64,000 bases of DNA, taken from NCBI GenBank assembly GCA_017412715.1, contig JAFPWU010000031.1, forward strand, positions 1 through 64,000. Reading direction: 5' to 3'. The notes beneath the pieces were generated by a model. The model was given only the letters and a program-made list of their open reading frames with translations. It did no database searches and had not been told where the DNA came from. The position numbers and the translations under genes are program-made. The DNA comes from Clostridia bacterium (GTDB taxonomy: Bacteria; Bacillota; Clostridia; Christensenellales; Aristaeellaceae). Shown here piece by piece: positions 39,768 through 50,143 of this stretch (the stretch's first letter is position 1; every line of letters starts with the position of its first letter).

Positions 39768-42700
39768 TTACAGATCGTCGTCATCCAGACTCAGGTCGGA
39801 CAGATCGGCAGTGCCAAAGTCCTCCAGATCATCCTCCTCCAACCCGGTTTCATCCAGCGAGAAGTCCTCGTCCTGTTCCGTCTCGCCAAAGTCCAGGTCC
39901 TCCGCGGACATATTGAAGGCTTCTTCCGCCGCCCGCTCGGTTTCCTCGTCCTCCTCCTCCGGTTCTTCCTCCTCTTCGGGAATATGGAGCCGGTTGGCGC
40001 CGGACCTGGGCGCGGTATTCTGGACGGGCATGTCTTCCGGATCCAGCTCGGGGATCTCGACCTCGTTGCCGTCCTTGTCCAGCACCCGGACATCCAGGCT
40101 CAGAGCCTGCATTTCCTTCAGCAGCACCTTGAAGCTTTCCGGAACGCCGGGGGTGGGAATATTCTGTCCCTTGATAATGGCCTCGTAGGTCTTAACGCGG
40201 CCCACCGTGTCGTCGCTCTTAACCGTCAGGATTTCCTGCAGCGTATTGGCGGCGCCGTAGGCCTCCAGGGCCCAGACTTCCATTTCGCCGAAGCGCTGTC
40301 CGCCGAACTGGGCCTTGCCGCCCAGGGGCTGCTGGGTCACCAGGCTGTAGGGGCCGGTGGACCGGGCGTGCATCTTATCGTCCACCAGGTGGTGCAGCTT
40401 CAGGAAGTACATGATGCCCACCGTAACCGGGTTTTCGAAGTAGTCACCCGTGCGTCCGTCCCGTACCCGGATCTTACCCTGCTTGAAGAGCGCTTTTCCC
40501 TCTTCATCCAGGTCCAGCCGCAGCGGCCGCCCGTTATGGAAATGATATTCGGTGACATGGGGATCGCTCTCGTCCTCCGGAGCGGCCATCTTCGCTTCCG
40601 CATGCTCCAGCTGCTCCAGGATCTCGTCATAGGTCGCGCCGTCGAAAACCGGCGTGGCGATATGCCATCCGAGGGCACGGCAGGCCAGTCCCAGGTGGAC
40701 CTCCAGCACCTGTCCCAGGTTCATACGGCTGGGAACGCCCAGAGGATTCAGCACGATCTGCAGCGGCGTTCCGTCCGGCAGGAAGGGCATATCCTCCTCC
40801 CGCAGGATCCGGGACACAACGCCCTTGTTTCCGTGACGTCCGGCCATCTTGTCGCCCACGGAGATCTTTCTCTTCTGGGCGATATAAATACGGACCATCT
40901 GGTTCACGCCGGGGCTCAGCTCATCCTTGTTCTCCCGGGTGAAGATCTTCACGTCCACCACGATGCCGCCTTCTCCGTGAGGCACCCGCAGGCTGGTATC
41001 CCGAACCTCCCGGGCCTTCTCGCCGAAGATCGCGCGCAGCAGCCGCTCCTCCGCCGTCAGCTCCGTCTCTCCCTTGGGGGTCACCTTGCCCACCAGGATA
41101 TCCCCGGCATGGACCTCGGCGCCGATGCGGATGATTCCGCCGTCGTCCAGATCCTTGATGGCATCCTCGGAGATATTGGGAATATCCCTGGTAATCTCCT
41201 CCGGCCCCAGCTTGGTTTCCCGGGCTTCCGACTCAAATTCCTCAATATGAATGGAGGTATAGATATCCTCCTTGACCAGCTTCTCGCTCAGCAGCACCGC
41301 GTCCTCGTAGTTATAGCCTTCCCAGGTCATAAATCCGATCAGCGCGTTGCGTCCCAGGCCGATCTCGCCCTTCTCGGTGGAGGGGCCGTCCGCCAGCAGG
41401 TCTCCGGCTTCCACCTTCTGGCCGGCGGAAACCATGGGCCGCTGGTTGATGCAGGTGCTCTGGTTGCTGCGGGCAAACTTGGTCAGCTGATAGGTGTGCC
41501 GTTCGCCGAAGTTGTCCCGAATGACAATCCGGTTGGCGTCCACCTTCTCCACCACCCCGTCCTCCTTGGCCAGGAGGCATACGCCGGAGTCGTGGCCCGC
41601 CCGGTATTCCATGCCCGTGGCCACCAGGGGCGCTTCGGGCACCAGCAGCGGCACGGCCTGACGCTGCATGTTGGATCCCATCAGGGCGCGGGTGGCGTCG
41701 TCGCTCTCCAGGAAGGGAACCATGGCGGTGGCCACGGATACGACCTGCCGGGGGCTTACGTCGATATAGTCCACCTGAGCCACGGGAACCTCAACGATCT
41801 CCACCTTGTCGCGGACGGTAATCCGGTCATGGACGAAGGTTCCGTCCGGGTTCAGCGGCTCGTTAGCGGTGGCAATCTTGTACTGGTCTTCCTCATCGGC
41901 CGTCATATAGTGGATCTCATCGGTCACCTTGCAGGTTTCCTTATCCACCCGGCGATAGGGCGCCTCGATAAATCCGTACTGATTGATCCGGGCGTAGGTC
42001 GCCAGCGAACCGATCAGACCGATGTTCGGACCTTCAGGCGTCTCGATGGGGCAGATCCGGGCATAGTGGCTGTAGTGCACGTCCCGAACCTCGAAAGAAG
42101 CCCGGTCCCGGTTCAGACCGCCGGGGCCCAGGGCGCTCAGACGGCGCTTGTGGGTCAGCTCCGCCAGGGGGTTGGGCTGATCCATGAACTGGCTCAGCTG
42201 GGAGGAGCCGAAGAATTCCTTGATGGCGGCGCTGACGGGCCGGATATTGATCAGATCCCCGGGCTTCATGTCCGTGGAATCCTGGATGCTCATCCGTTCC
42301 CGAACCACCCGCTCCAGCCGGCTCAGGCCGATGCGGATCTGGTTCTGCAGCAGCTCGCCGACGCTCCGCAGGCGCCGGTTGCCCAGATGGTCAATATCAT
42401 CGGTGGTTCCGATGCCGTAGGGCAGCCCCAGCATGTAGCTGATTGATGAAATGATATCGTCCGGGATAATGTGCTTGGGCACCAGCGCGGTGACGTTTTC
42501 CTTCACCGCCTCGAAAAGCTGGTCGGGCTCCACGGACTCCATCAGGCTCTTCAGCGTCGGGAAGTGAACCATCTCCAGCACGCCCGCTTCCTTCGGATCG
42601 AAGGGAAGATACCTGGATGCGTCCACGAAGTTGTTGCCCACCACGCGGCGAATCTCGCCTTCGCAGTCCACATCCACGGAGTTGATTCCCGCGTTCTGGA

Positions 42701-43652
42701 TTTCCCAGGCGGTCTCCAGATCGATGGCCGTTCCCTTCTTCACCATCACTTCGCCGGTCTGGGGATTCAGAATATCCTCCGCGGCCACCTGATTGTGGAT
42801 CCGGGTGGCGATGGAAAGCTTCTTGTTGTATTTATAGCGGCCCACCCGCATCAGGTCATACCTGCGGGGATCAAAGAACAGGGAGTTGAACAGATTGGTC
42901 GCGCTCTCCAGGGAGGCGGGCTCGCCGGGCTTCTGCCGCTTATAGATCTCGATCAGGCCCTCTTCCCGGCTCTTGGCGTTGTCGCCCTTTTCAATGGTCG
43001 CGGTCAGCCGTTCATCGCTGCCCATGGTGTCCAGGATTTCCTGATCCGTTCCCAGGCCCAGCGCCCGCAGGATCACCGTGATGGGCAGCTTCCTGGCCCG
43101 GTCGATCCGAACCCACAGCACGTCATTGGAATCCGTCTCGTATTCCAGCCAGGCGCCCCGGTTCGGGATAATCTGGGAGGAATACAGGGGCTTCCCGGCC
43201 TTATCCAGCGTCACGTCAAAATAGACGCCGGGGGAGCGGACCAGCTGGCTGACGATAACCCGCTCAGCACCGTTAATAATGAAGGTTCCGTGTTCCGTCA
43301 TGAGCGGGAAATCGCCCATAAACACATCGGATTCCTTGATTTCCCCGGTTTCCCGGTTCTTCAGGCGGACAAAGATTTTCAGCGGAGCGGCATAAGTCAG
43401 ATCCCGTTCCCGGCAGCGGGCGACGGAGTTCTTCGGTTCATCCAGCGAGTAATCCACAAATTCCAGCACGAGATTGCCGTTGTAGTCCGTAATCGGCGAG
43501 ACATCAGCCAGCACCTCTCGCAGATCAGTATCCAGAAAACGCTGATAGGAGTTTTTCTGAACCTCAATCAGGTTCGGCATCTGCAGAACCTCATCGATTC
43601 GGGAGAAACTCATGCGCTTCCGGAGCTTACCCATTTGGACCTCGTGTACCAT
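39768..43652 (-). CDS. rpoB: DNA-directed RNA polymerase subunit beta, with an ~110-aa highly acidic C-terminal extension
   Basis: The start at 43652 ([32 protein letters not shown]) aligns with the B. subtilis RpoB N-terminus. Rif-cluster and catalytic motifs are present. C-terminal tail is [19 protein letters not shown]...DLSLDDDDL. Confidence 0.95.
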   Translation of the reverse strand: MVHEVQMGKLRKRMSFSRIDEVLQMPNLIEVQKNSYQRFLDTDLREVLADVSPITDYNGNLVLEFVDYSLDEPKNSVARCRERDLTYAAPLKIFVRLKNRETGEIKESDVFMGDFPLMTEHGTFIINGAERVIVSQLVRSPGVYFDVTLDKAGKPLYSSQIIPNRGAWLEYETDSNDVLWVRIDRARKLPITVILRALGLGTDQEILDTMGSDERLTATIEKGDNAKSREEGLIEIYKRQKPGEPASLESATNLFNSLFFDPRRYDLMRVGRYKYNKKLSIATRIHNQVAAEDILNPQTGEVMVKKGTAIDLETAWEIQNAGINSVDVDCEGEIRRVVGNNFVDASRYLPFDPKEAGVLEMVHFPTLKSLMESVEPDQLFEAVKENVTALVPKHIIPDDIISSISYMLGLPYGIGTTDDIDHLGNRRLRSVGELLQNQIRIGLSRLERVVRERMSIQDSTDMKPGDLINIRPVSAAIKEFFGSSQLSQFMDQPNPLAELTHKRRLSALGPGGLNRDRASFEVRDVHYSHYARICPIETPEGPNIGLIGSLATYARINQYGFIEAPYRRVDKETCKVTDEIHYMTADEEDQYKIATANEPLNPDGTFVHDRITVRDKVEIVEVPVAQVDYIDVSPRQVVSVATAMVPFLESDDATRALMGSNMQRQAVPLLVPEAPLVATGMEYRAGHDSGVCLLAKEDGVVEKVDANRIVIRDNFGERHTYQLTKFARSNQSTCINQRPMVSAGQKVEAGDLLADGPSTEKGEIGLGRNALIGFMTWEGYNYEDAVLLSEKLVKEDIYTSIHIEEFESEARETKLGPEEITRDIPNISEDAIKDLDDGGIIRIGAEVHAGDILVGKVTPKGETELTAEERLLRAIFGEKAREVRDTSLRVPHGEGGIVVDVKIFTRENKDELSPGVNQMVRIYIAQKRKISVGDKMAGRHGNKGVVSRILREEDMPFLPDGTPLQIVLNPLGVPSRMNLGQVLEVHLGLACRALGWHIATPVFDGATYDEILEQLEHAEAKMAAPEDESDPHVTEYHFHNGRPLRLDLDEEGKALFKQGKIRVRDGRTGDYFENPVTVGIMYFLKLHHLVDDKMHARSTGPYSLVTQQPLGGKAQFGGQRFGEMEVWALEAYGAANTLQEILTVKSDDTVGRVKTYEAIIKGQNIPTPGVPESFKVLLKEMQALSLDVRVLDKDGNEVEIPELDPEDMPVQNTAPRSGANRLHIPEEEEEPEEEDEETERAAEEAFNMSAEDLDFGETEQDEDFSLDETGLEEDDLEDFGTADLSDLSLDDDDL

Positions 43653-43921
43653 GAAGCTAATCACCCCTCAATTTCTGTCAACCCGGTGTGCGGCGTTCTT
43701 TTCGCGCTTGCTTTTTGGCCCCGACCCGTGTAAAATAGCAGCGCACAAAAATGCGTCCCAGTATCCTGACGATACTGATGCAATCATAAAGTTTATCATA
43801 GACGCATGTTTTTGTCAATAAAAATCTGATCAGCCGGATCTTCTCTCCGATTCTCCGCGGCAGGACCGTCGGTCCTGCCGGATTTCGTTAGATCCGGTCC
43901 TGTTTACGGAAGGACATATTC

Positions 43922-45214
43922 TTGAAGCGATTTGTTTTTTTTGCTCTCCTTGCTGTGTTTTTTCTGGCTTCCCTCTCCATTCCAGCGCTATCCGAGGTGC
44001 CCGCGGCCGGTCCCCGTTCGTCCGCTTCTCCCTCTGCCTTTTTGCTGCCCGCGCTGGCGACCCCGACGCTGCAACCGGCCGAAACGCCCGCGCCCACCGC
44101 GGCGCCGACGTCCGCCGCATCCCGGACGCCAACCGCAGCGCCTTCACCGACGGTGGTACCGACGGCGGCCGTGACACCGGCCGCAACCCCGACCCCATCG
44201 CCAAGGCCGACCGTGACGTCGGCCGCAACCCCGATATCCACGCCCACCGCGACGCCGTCCCCGACGCCCACGCCGACGCCAACCGTGACACCAACAGCCA
44301 CCCCGACGCCGACGCCAACCGCGACGCCGTCCCCGACACCCGCGCCTACCCCTGTGCCGATTCCGAAGGTCATCGACCGGATCTCGAATCCCGGCGCGTT
44401 TCCCGAGTTCTCCTTTTTCCCGGAGGACGACCTGCTGGAGGTCTGGTTCCCCTGCGTCCGGGATCAGGACTGCGCCATCTTTCTTTATCAGGATCAGGTC
44501 TGGATGGTGGACTGCGGGGACGAACGGGCCAGGAAGGAAATTGTCCCGCTCCTGAAATGTCTGGGAATCGAAAAAATCGACAAGCTCTTCAATACCCATC
44601 CCCACCATGACCATCTGAACGGTTTCTCCTGGATTCACCGGGAAATTCCCATCACGGAACTGCTGATCTGCTTCCCGGAGGATGCCACCGAACATATGAC
44701 CGCCGCCATGGAATACGCCAAGGGAAACGGCATTCTCGTCACTTCCTATGAGGACGAGTCCCATCACCTGATGGGAGACGGGCTGGTTTCCTTCCTCTCC
44801 TGGCAGAAGAGCGATCCTGCGGAAAGCATAAACGACCGCAGCTCCCAGTTCATGGTCAGCTACGGCAGCTGCGATCTGCTGATCATGGCGGACATGGAGA
44901 TCCGCGGCCAGAAGCAGCTTTACGAGGCCCTGGGCCCGGAGCCTCTCGCCGCCGATATCCTGCGCTATCCCCACCACGGAAAGCTCGCCATGGTGGAGGA
45001 GGTTTTCAGCGCCATCCATCCGGCCCTGACCATCATTACCAATTCGCCGCGTATCGCCGAAATCTCAGCATCCACCTATTTCCTGGATCTTCATCACGCC
45101 GCCACCGTCTATACCCGTCCGTATCCCGACCATATTCATCTGATCACCGACGGCACCCGCTGGATCTGTGAAAAGGTTTCTCTCGACCTCTCTCCCTGGA
45201 CGCCAGCGGAATAA
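43922..45214 (+). CDS. Secreted protein: signal peptide, ~110-aa Pro/Thr/Ala-rich tandem-repeat linker, then a ComEC/Rec2-like MBL-fold metallo-hydrolase domain
   Basis: Apparent TTG start with RBS GGAAGGA. Signal peptide KRFVFFALLAVFFLASLSIPALS. TPTATP/SPTPTP repeats. MBL motif NTHPHHDHLNGF, preceded by VDCGDE, as in the ComEC C-terminal domain. Confidence 0.7.
   Translation: MKRFVFFALLAVFFLASLSIPALSEVPAAGPRSSASPSAFLLPALATPTLQPAETPAPTAAPTSAASRTPTAAPSPTVVPTAAVTPAATPTPSPRPTVTSAATPISTPTATPSPTPTPTPTVTPTATPTPTPTATPSPTPAPTPVPIPKVIDRISNPGAFPEFSFFPEDDLLEVWFPCVRDQDCAIFLYQDQVWMVDCGDERARKEIVPLLKCLGIEKIDKLFNTHPHHDHLNGFSWIHREIPITELLICFPEDATEHMTAAMEYAKGNGILVTSYEDESHHLMGDGLVSFLSWQKSDPAESINDRSSQFMVSYGSCDLLIMADMEIRGQKQLYEALGPEPLAADILRYPHHGKLAMVEEVFSAIHPALTIITNSPRIAEISASTYFLDLHHAATVYTRPYPDHIHLITDGTRWICEKVSLDLSPWTPAE
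44040..44370 (+). repeat. Imperfect tandem nucleotide repeats encoding a (T/A)P(T/S)x low-complexity linker
   Basis: Repeated units ccgacgccaaccg(t/c)gac(a/g)cc... visible by eye; they drive the spurious antisense ORFs at 43830..44373. Confidence 0.7.
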
Positions 45215-45297
45215 TATGAAAAGCGCCCCTCCGGGGCTTTATAAATCATTATCATGAAGCAGCCGAAGAGGCCGCACAAAGAAGGAGGAAATGATTC

Positions 45298-45870
45298 ATG
45301 AAGAAAAATCTGGGTGTTTTGCAGGCCGTATATCCGATGCCTGTTCTGATGGTAGCCGCATACGATGAAGCAGGGAAAGTCAATGTAATGAATGCAGCCT
45401 GGGGAATGATCTGCGCAATGGATAAAATTGCGCTGTTCATTGATGAAGACCATAAGACCACGCAGAATCTTCTGAAGACAAAGGCGTTTACCGTTGCGCT
45501 GGCCGATCGGGCGCACATGGATGTCGCGGACTTTTTCGGCATCGCTTCCGGCAACAAAATGGAAGACAAGTTTGAACGCACTGGCTATCATGCGGTGAAA
45601 AGCGAACATGTCAATGCTCCCATTATAGAAGAATTCCCGGTCGTGATGGAATGCGAGCTTGCTGAAGTTGTCAATACCGAGAATATGTATGCCATCGTCG
45701 GCAAAATCGTCAATGTCGCCGCCGAGGAAGCTGTCCTGGATGAAAAAGGAAAGGTTGACCCCGTGAAGCTGGATGCCCTGACCTTTGACCAGTTTAAGCA
45801 TGGGTATTATGTCTCCGGCGAACAGGTTGGAAAAGCCTGGAACGCAGGGGCAGGTCTCATGAAACAGTAA
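45298..45870 (+). CDS. Flavin reductase-like FMN-binding protein, 190 aa (local GC ~46%, well below its neighbours)
   Basis: Flavin reductase (split-barrel) family pattern. RBS GGAGGAAATG. Chosen over the 268-aa antisense ORF on composition and homology. Confidence 0.75.
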   Translation: MKKNLGVLQAVYPMPVLMVAAYDEAGKVNVMNAAWGMICAMDKIALFIDEDHKTTQNLLKTKAFTVALADRAHMDVADFFGIASGNKMEDKFERTGYHAVKSEHVNAPIIEEFPVVMECELAEVVNTENMYAIVGKIVNVAAEEAVLDEKGKVDPVKLDALTFDQFKHGYYVSGEQVGKAWNAGAGLMKQ

Positions 45871-45966
45871 TCGCGGCGTACGTTCGGAACAAAGACCACA
45901 ATCCGCCAAACGCTCATGCCAGCCTTGATTTTTTCCGGGCAATGTCCAGGCAGTCAGCGGAGAATG

Positions 45967-46008
45967 GAAAACGGCAGGCGTTAAAATCCAACGCCTGCCG
46001 GTCTTTTT
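45967..46008. terminator. Bidirectional intrinsic terminator (cggcaggcgtt..aacgcctgccg + T5) between the flavin reductase and serA
   Basis: Perfect 11-bp stem with flanking A and T runs. Confidence 0.75.
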
Positions 46009-46050
46009 GCTTCCCTCAGCGGGACGCTCTTGATTTTCGGTTTTCCTGAA

Positions 46051-47217
46051 TCAGCCGAAGGTGCGAATCCTGAAGACGCCGGGAATCTTCGCAATCGTCT
46101 CCAGGGCGCCGGCGGACGGCAGCACCGGAACATCCATCACCGTCACGGCCATCTCCTTTTTGCTCTTGTTGATCAGGTTTTCGATATTGATTCCCTCCGC
46201 GGAAACAGCGGCAGAAATCGGCGAAATGGTGTTGGGGATATTTTCATGCAGCACCAGGATTCTGGCCGCTTCCGGCTTGCCCAGCTGGATCTCCGGGAAG
46301 TTGACGCTGTTGTGGATGCAGCCTGTTTCCAGATAATCCCTCACTTCCGCCGCCGCCATGCTGGCGCAGTTCTCCTCGCTCTCCGGCGTGCTGGCGCCCA
46401 GATGGGGAATGCAGATCACCTTGTCCTGGCAGAGCATGTCGTCGCTGGGGAAGTCCGTGACATATCCGCCCAGCTTGCCGGCAGCCACCGCCTCCAGCAC
46501 AGCCGCGCTGTCCGCCAGCTCTCCCCGGCTGAAGTTCAGGATGACGGCTCCGTCCTTCATCTTGCCGATCATCTCCCCGTTGATGGATCCCCTGGTGGAA
46601 TCGATCAGCGGCACATGGAAGGTAATATAATCCGCCCGGGCGATGGCTTCGTCCGCGGAGGCCGCCCGGTGAACGGAGGTGCTCAGGCTCCAGGCGCTTT
46701 CTACGGAAATGAAGGGATCGTAACCCACCACATTCATCCCCAGGCCCCGGCTGGCCGCATTGGCCACCCGCGCGCCGATGGCGCCCAGCCCGATGACCGC
46801 CAGGGTCTTGCCCCGCATCTCCGGACCCACAAACTGACTCTTGCCTTTTTCCACCAGCTTGCCAACTTCGGCGCCCTTGCCCTTCAGCGTCCGGGCCCAC
46901 TCGATGCCGCCGGCCACGTTCCGGCCGCTCATCAGCAGCGCGCAGATCACCAGTTCCGCCACCGCGTTGGCATTGGCGCCCGGCGTGTTGAAGACCACGA
47001 TGCCCTCCCTGGAGCAGCGGTCAATGGGAATATTGTTCACGCCCGCGCCCGCCCGGCCGATGGCCTTCAGTTCGGGGCCGAACTCCATCTCATGCATCGC
47101 GGCGGACCGAACCAGAATCGCGTCCGGCGCGGTTTCCTCGCTGCTGACAGCGTAATCCGCGTTCAGCTGCGTATAGATGATATCGGAAATCTTGTTCAGC
47201 GTCTGAATCTTGTACAT
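46051..47217 (-). CDS. serA: D-3-phosphoglycerate dehydrogenase with C-terminal ACT domain
   Basis: 2-hydroxyacid dehydrogenase NAD-binding motif GxGxxG (GLGAIG); catalytic R/E/H; C-terminal ACT domain. 388 aa. Confidence 0.9.
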   Translation of the reverse strand: MYKIQTLNKISDIIYTQLNADYAVSSEETAPDAILVRSAAMHEMEFGPELKAIGRAGAGVNNIPIDRCSREGIVVFNTPGANANAVAELVICALLMSGRNVAGGIEWARTLKGKGAEVGKLVEKGKSQFVGPEMRGKTLAVIGLGAIGARVANAASRGLGMNVVGYDPFISVESAWSLSTSVHRAASADEAIARADYITFHVPLIDSTRGSINGEMIGKMKDGAVILNFSRGELADSAAVLEAVAAGKLGGYVTDFPSDDMLCQDKVICIPHLGASTPESEENCASMAAAEVRDYLETGCIHNSVNFPEIQLGKPEAARILVLHENIPNTISPISAAVSAEGINIENLINKSKKEMAVTVMDVPVLPSAGALETIAKIPGVFRIRTFG

Positions 47218-47240
47218 GACGTCCCTATCTCCTTCTGTGC

Positions 47241-48317
47241 TTATGCGTTCTGCGCCTCAAATTCCTTCATGAAGGCCACCAGCTTCTGCACGCCTTCCAG
47301 GGGCATGGCGTTATAGATGCTGGCCCGCATGCCGCCCACGGAACGGTGCCCCTTCAGGTTCGCCAGGCCGGCACCCGCGGCCGCCTTGACAAAGGCCGCG
47401 TCCTTATCCGGATCGCCTGTGATGAAGGTCACATTCATGCGGGAGCGGTACTTCGGCTGGGCCGTAGCCTTGAACAGCTTGCTGTTGTCCAGGAAATCAT
47501 ACAGCAGCGCGGCCTTCTCGATGTTGATCTTTTCCATGGCCGCCACGCCGCCCTGCTCCTTCAGCCACTGGAAGGTAAGCCCGGCCACATAGATGCCCCA
47601 GGTATTGGGAGTGTTGTACATGCTGCCCTTCTCGACCTGTACCTGCCAGTTCAGAAGCTTGGGGCAGATGTCCATCGTCCGTCCCAGCAGATCCTTCCGG
47701 ACGATCAGCACGCACAGCCCGCTGGGGCCGATGTTCTTCTGGGCTCCTGCGTAGATGACGCCGTATTTGCTCACGTCCATCTCTTCGGAAAGGATCATGG
47801 AGCTGGCATCGCAGACCAGGGGAGCGCTGCTCTCCGGCAGATCCACGTACCGGGTGCCGTAAATGGTATTGTTCTGGGTAATATGCAGGTAATCCGCGTC
47901 CGGCGTGAAGGCGATGCCCTTTACATCCGGGATATAGGTATAGGTATCCTCCCGGCTGGAGGCCACCACGTTCACCTGCCCGTAGCGTTTCGCTTCCTCC
48001 GCCGCCAGATGGGCGAAGTTGCCGGAATCGATATAATCCGCCTTTTTATTGACCATCAGGTTCAGAGGAATGGCTGAAAACTGCTGGGTAGCGCCGCCCT
48101 GCAGGAAGACCACCTCATAGTCCTCCGGGATGGCCATCAGCTCTTTCAGATCCGCCACGGTCTGATCGTAGATGTCGGTATACATCTTGCTGCGATGGCT
48201 CATCTCCATCACAGACATCCCGGTACTCCCGTAACACAGCATCTCCTTCTGTGCCTTTTCAAGTACGGGCAGCGCCAGCTGGGAAGGTCCCGGGGAAAAA
48301 TTGTATACGCGATCCAT
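47241..48317 (-). CDS. serC: Phosphoserine aminotransferase
   Basis: ATG at 48317 with RBS AAAGGAGGAAAG. N-terminus MDRVYNFSPGPSQL, the canonical SerC start. PLP-fold motifs. Confidence 0.9.
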   Translation of the reverse strand: MDRVYNFSPGPSQLALPVLEKAQKEMLCYGSTGMSVMEMSHRSKMYTDIYDQTVADLKELMAIPEDYEVVFLQGGATQQFSAIPLNLMVNKKADYIDSGNFAHLAAEEAKRYGQVNVVASSREDTYTYIPDVKGIAFTPDADYLHITQNNTIYGTRYVDLPESSAPLVCDASSMILSEEMDVSKYGVIYAGAQKNIGPSGLCVLIVRKDLLGRTMDICPKLLNWQVQVEKGSMYNTPNTWGIYVAGLTFQWLKEQGGVAAMEKINIEKAALLYDFLDNSKLFKATAQPKYRSRMNVTFITGDPDKDAAFVKAAAGAGLANLKGHRSVGGMRASIYNAMPLEGVQKLVAFMKEFEAQNA

Positions 48318-48456
48318 CTTTCTTTCCTCCTTTTGCCATTCGCCCTTTTCTTCAGGATGATTCCTTTCGGGGCGTGCTCTCATAGTATCTTCGTTTTTCT
48401 TTCTTTTTGCAAGGAAAATACATAAAAAATCCCAAACTCATCGCCGCGGAAAAAAA

Positions 48457-49824
48457 CTACGCCGCGTATTTTTTCAGTTTCTTCCGGGCCACCAGCAGAT
48501 AGCAGACCATATGCACGGCAAAGGTAACTCCCCAGGAAATGGGATAAGAAATATACAGGATATTCAGCGTGGGATTCGCAGCGAACACGGTCAGGATCCA
48601 TACGATGCGCAGCAGACAGGCCCCCGTCAGCGAGACGATCATGGGCATGATGGAGTAGCCGATTCCCCGCAGCTGTCCCACCATCACGTCCATCATGCCG
48701 CAGAGGAAATACGTGGGCAGGATGATGCCAAGCCGGATCATGCCGTACCGGATGACCTCCGGCTCGCTGTTATACAACCCCAGCAGCCTCTCCCCCAGCA
48801 GGTAGAAGATGAGCCCCATGCCCAGGCCGATGGCGATGACAACCCCCAGACAGACCCACAGGACTTTCTGAACCCGGTCCGTCCTTCCCGCCCCCAGATT
48901 CTGGCTGGCGAAGGTCATATCCGCCTGATGCTGCGCGTTCATGGCGGTATAGACAAACCCTTCCACATTGCTGGCGACTCCGTTTCCGGCCACCACCAGG
49001 GATCCGAAGGAGTTCACGGAGGACTGGATCAGCACGTTGGAAATGGAAAACAGGCTTCCCTGCAGCCCGGCGGGCAGGCCGATCCGGATCATGTCCATCA
49101 GGCTCTTTTTGTCCACCCGGCACTCCCGGAGCTCCAGCCGGACTGCGTTGTGGGAGCGGATCAGGCACTGAAGCACCAGCACCATGCTGACCGCCTGGCT
49201 GGCCACCGTCGCAATGGCCACCCCCGCCACATCCAGATGAAACCGGATCACCAGCAGCAGGTTCAGCAGAACATTCACCAGGCCAGAAATCATCAGGTAA
49301 TACATGGGACGTCTTGTATCCCCCACAGCCCGCAGCGCGGCCGCCCCGAAGTTATACAGCATGTTGGCGGGCATTCCCAGAAAAAAGATGCGCACATACA
49401 GGGTCGCCCCGTCGATCACATCCTCCGGGGAATCCATCAGCTCCAGCAGGGGCCTGGCCAGCAGGAAGCCCATCAGGCCCACCCCGATGCCCATGATGAG
49501 GGCCATGGTGATGGCCGTGTGTTCCGCCTTCCGCATGGCGGCGATGTCCCGGGCCCCATAGTGCCGCGCGATCACCACGCTGGCCCCCACGCTGAGCCCC
49601 ATGAACACGTTCACCAGCAGATTGATCAGCGACCCCGTGGAGGAAACCGCCGCCAGGGCCTCGTGCCCCGCATAATTTCCCACCACGATCACATCCGCCG
49701 CGTTGTACAGCAGCTGCATGATGCCGGTCAGGATCAGCGGCCCGGAAAACGCCAGAATCTTCGGCAGCAGCGGGCCTGTGGTCATATCCATCTCATGGCT
49801 CTTCGCTCTTCTTTTCGGAAGCAT
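48457..49824 (-). CDS. MATE family multidrug/oligosaccharidyl-lipid efflux transporter
   Basis: ATG at 49824 with RBS GGAGGAATG. 12-TM protein with a MATE-like N-terminus (TTGPLLPKILAFSGPLILTGIMQ). The track's longer N-terminal extension is spurious. Confidence 0.8.
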   Translation of the reverse strand: MLPKRRAKSHEMDMTTGPLLPKILAFSGPLILTGIMQLLYNAADVIVVGNYAGHEALAAVSSTGSLINLLVNVFMGLSVGASVVIARHYGARDIAAMRKAEHTAITMALIMGIGVGLMGFLLARPLLELMDSPEDVIDGATLYVRIFFLGMPANMLYNFGAAALRAVGDTRRPMYYLMISGLVNVLLNLLLVIRFHLDVAGVAIATVASQAVSMVLVLQCLIRSHNAVRLELRECRVDKKSLMDMIRIGLPAGLQGSLFSISNVLIQSSVNSFGSLVVAGNGVASNVEGFVYTAMNAQHQADMTFASQNLGAGRTDRVQKVLWVCLGVVIAIGLGMGLIFYLLGERLLGLYNSEPEVIRYGMIRLGIILPTYFLCGMMDVMVGQLRGIGYSIMPMIVSLTGACLLRIVWILTVFAANPTLNILYISYPISWGVTFAVHMVCYLLVARKKLKKYAA

Positions 49825-50143
49825 TTCATTCCTCCGTCGGGTTGATTCTCCCAGGTTCCTCAGGAGACGGGGATTGATTCTGTTCGGGATAAAACAGATC
49901 CGCCTGGCCTTGGCAGCAGGAGGTATTATAGGCGCAATCTCCCGGCAATGCAAGCAAGCACCGCCTGCTCCTCCCGGTTCCTTTACAGCCCTGTTTCTTC
50001 CCGCGCCCTCTGTTTTTTCCGGGTTTTCCCTTGCGAAGAAAAATAAACTGGGGTAAGATGACCTCTGTAACGCTGTTGTCCGCCTTTTCGTGAAAAGGCT
50101 GTCCCAACCCAGCTGCCTGAAAAAAGGAGACCGGCCCTGCAAC

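Noticed and set aside
43830-44373. Two overlapping minus-strand ORFs (169 and 161 aa), rich in Gly/Val/Ala
   Set aside because: They are the reverse-complement reading of the Pro/Thr/Ala tandem-repeat linker of the secreted MBL protein. The plus-strand frame has a signal peptide and a folded domain.
45136-45942. 268-aa minus-strand ORF overlapping the flavin reductase
   Set aside because: It is the longer ORF but has no recognisable domain, whereas the plus-strand 190-aa product matches the flavin-reductase fold pattern and has a strong RBS.
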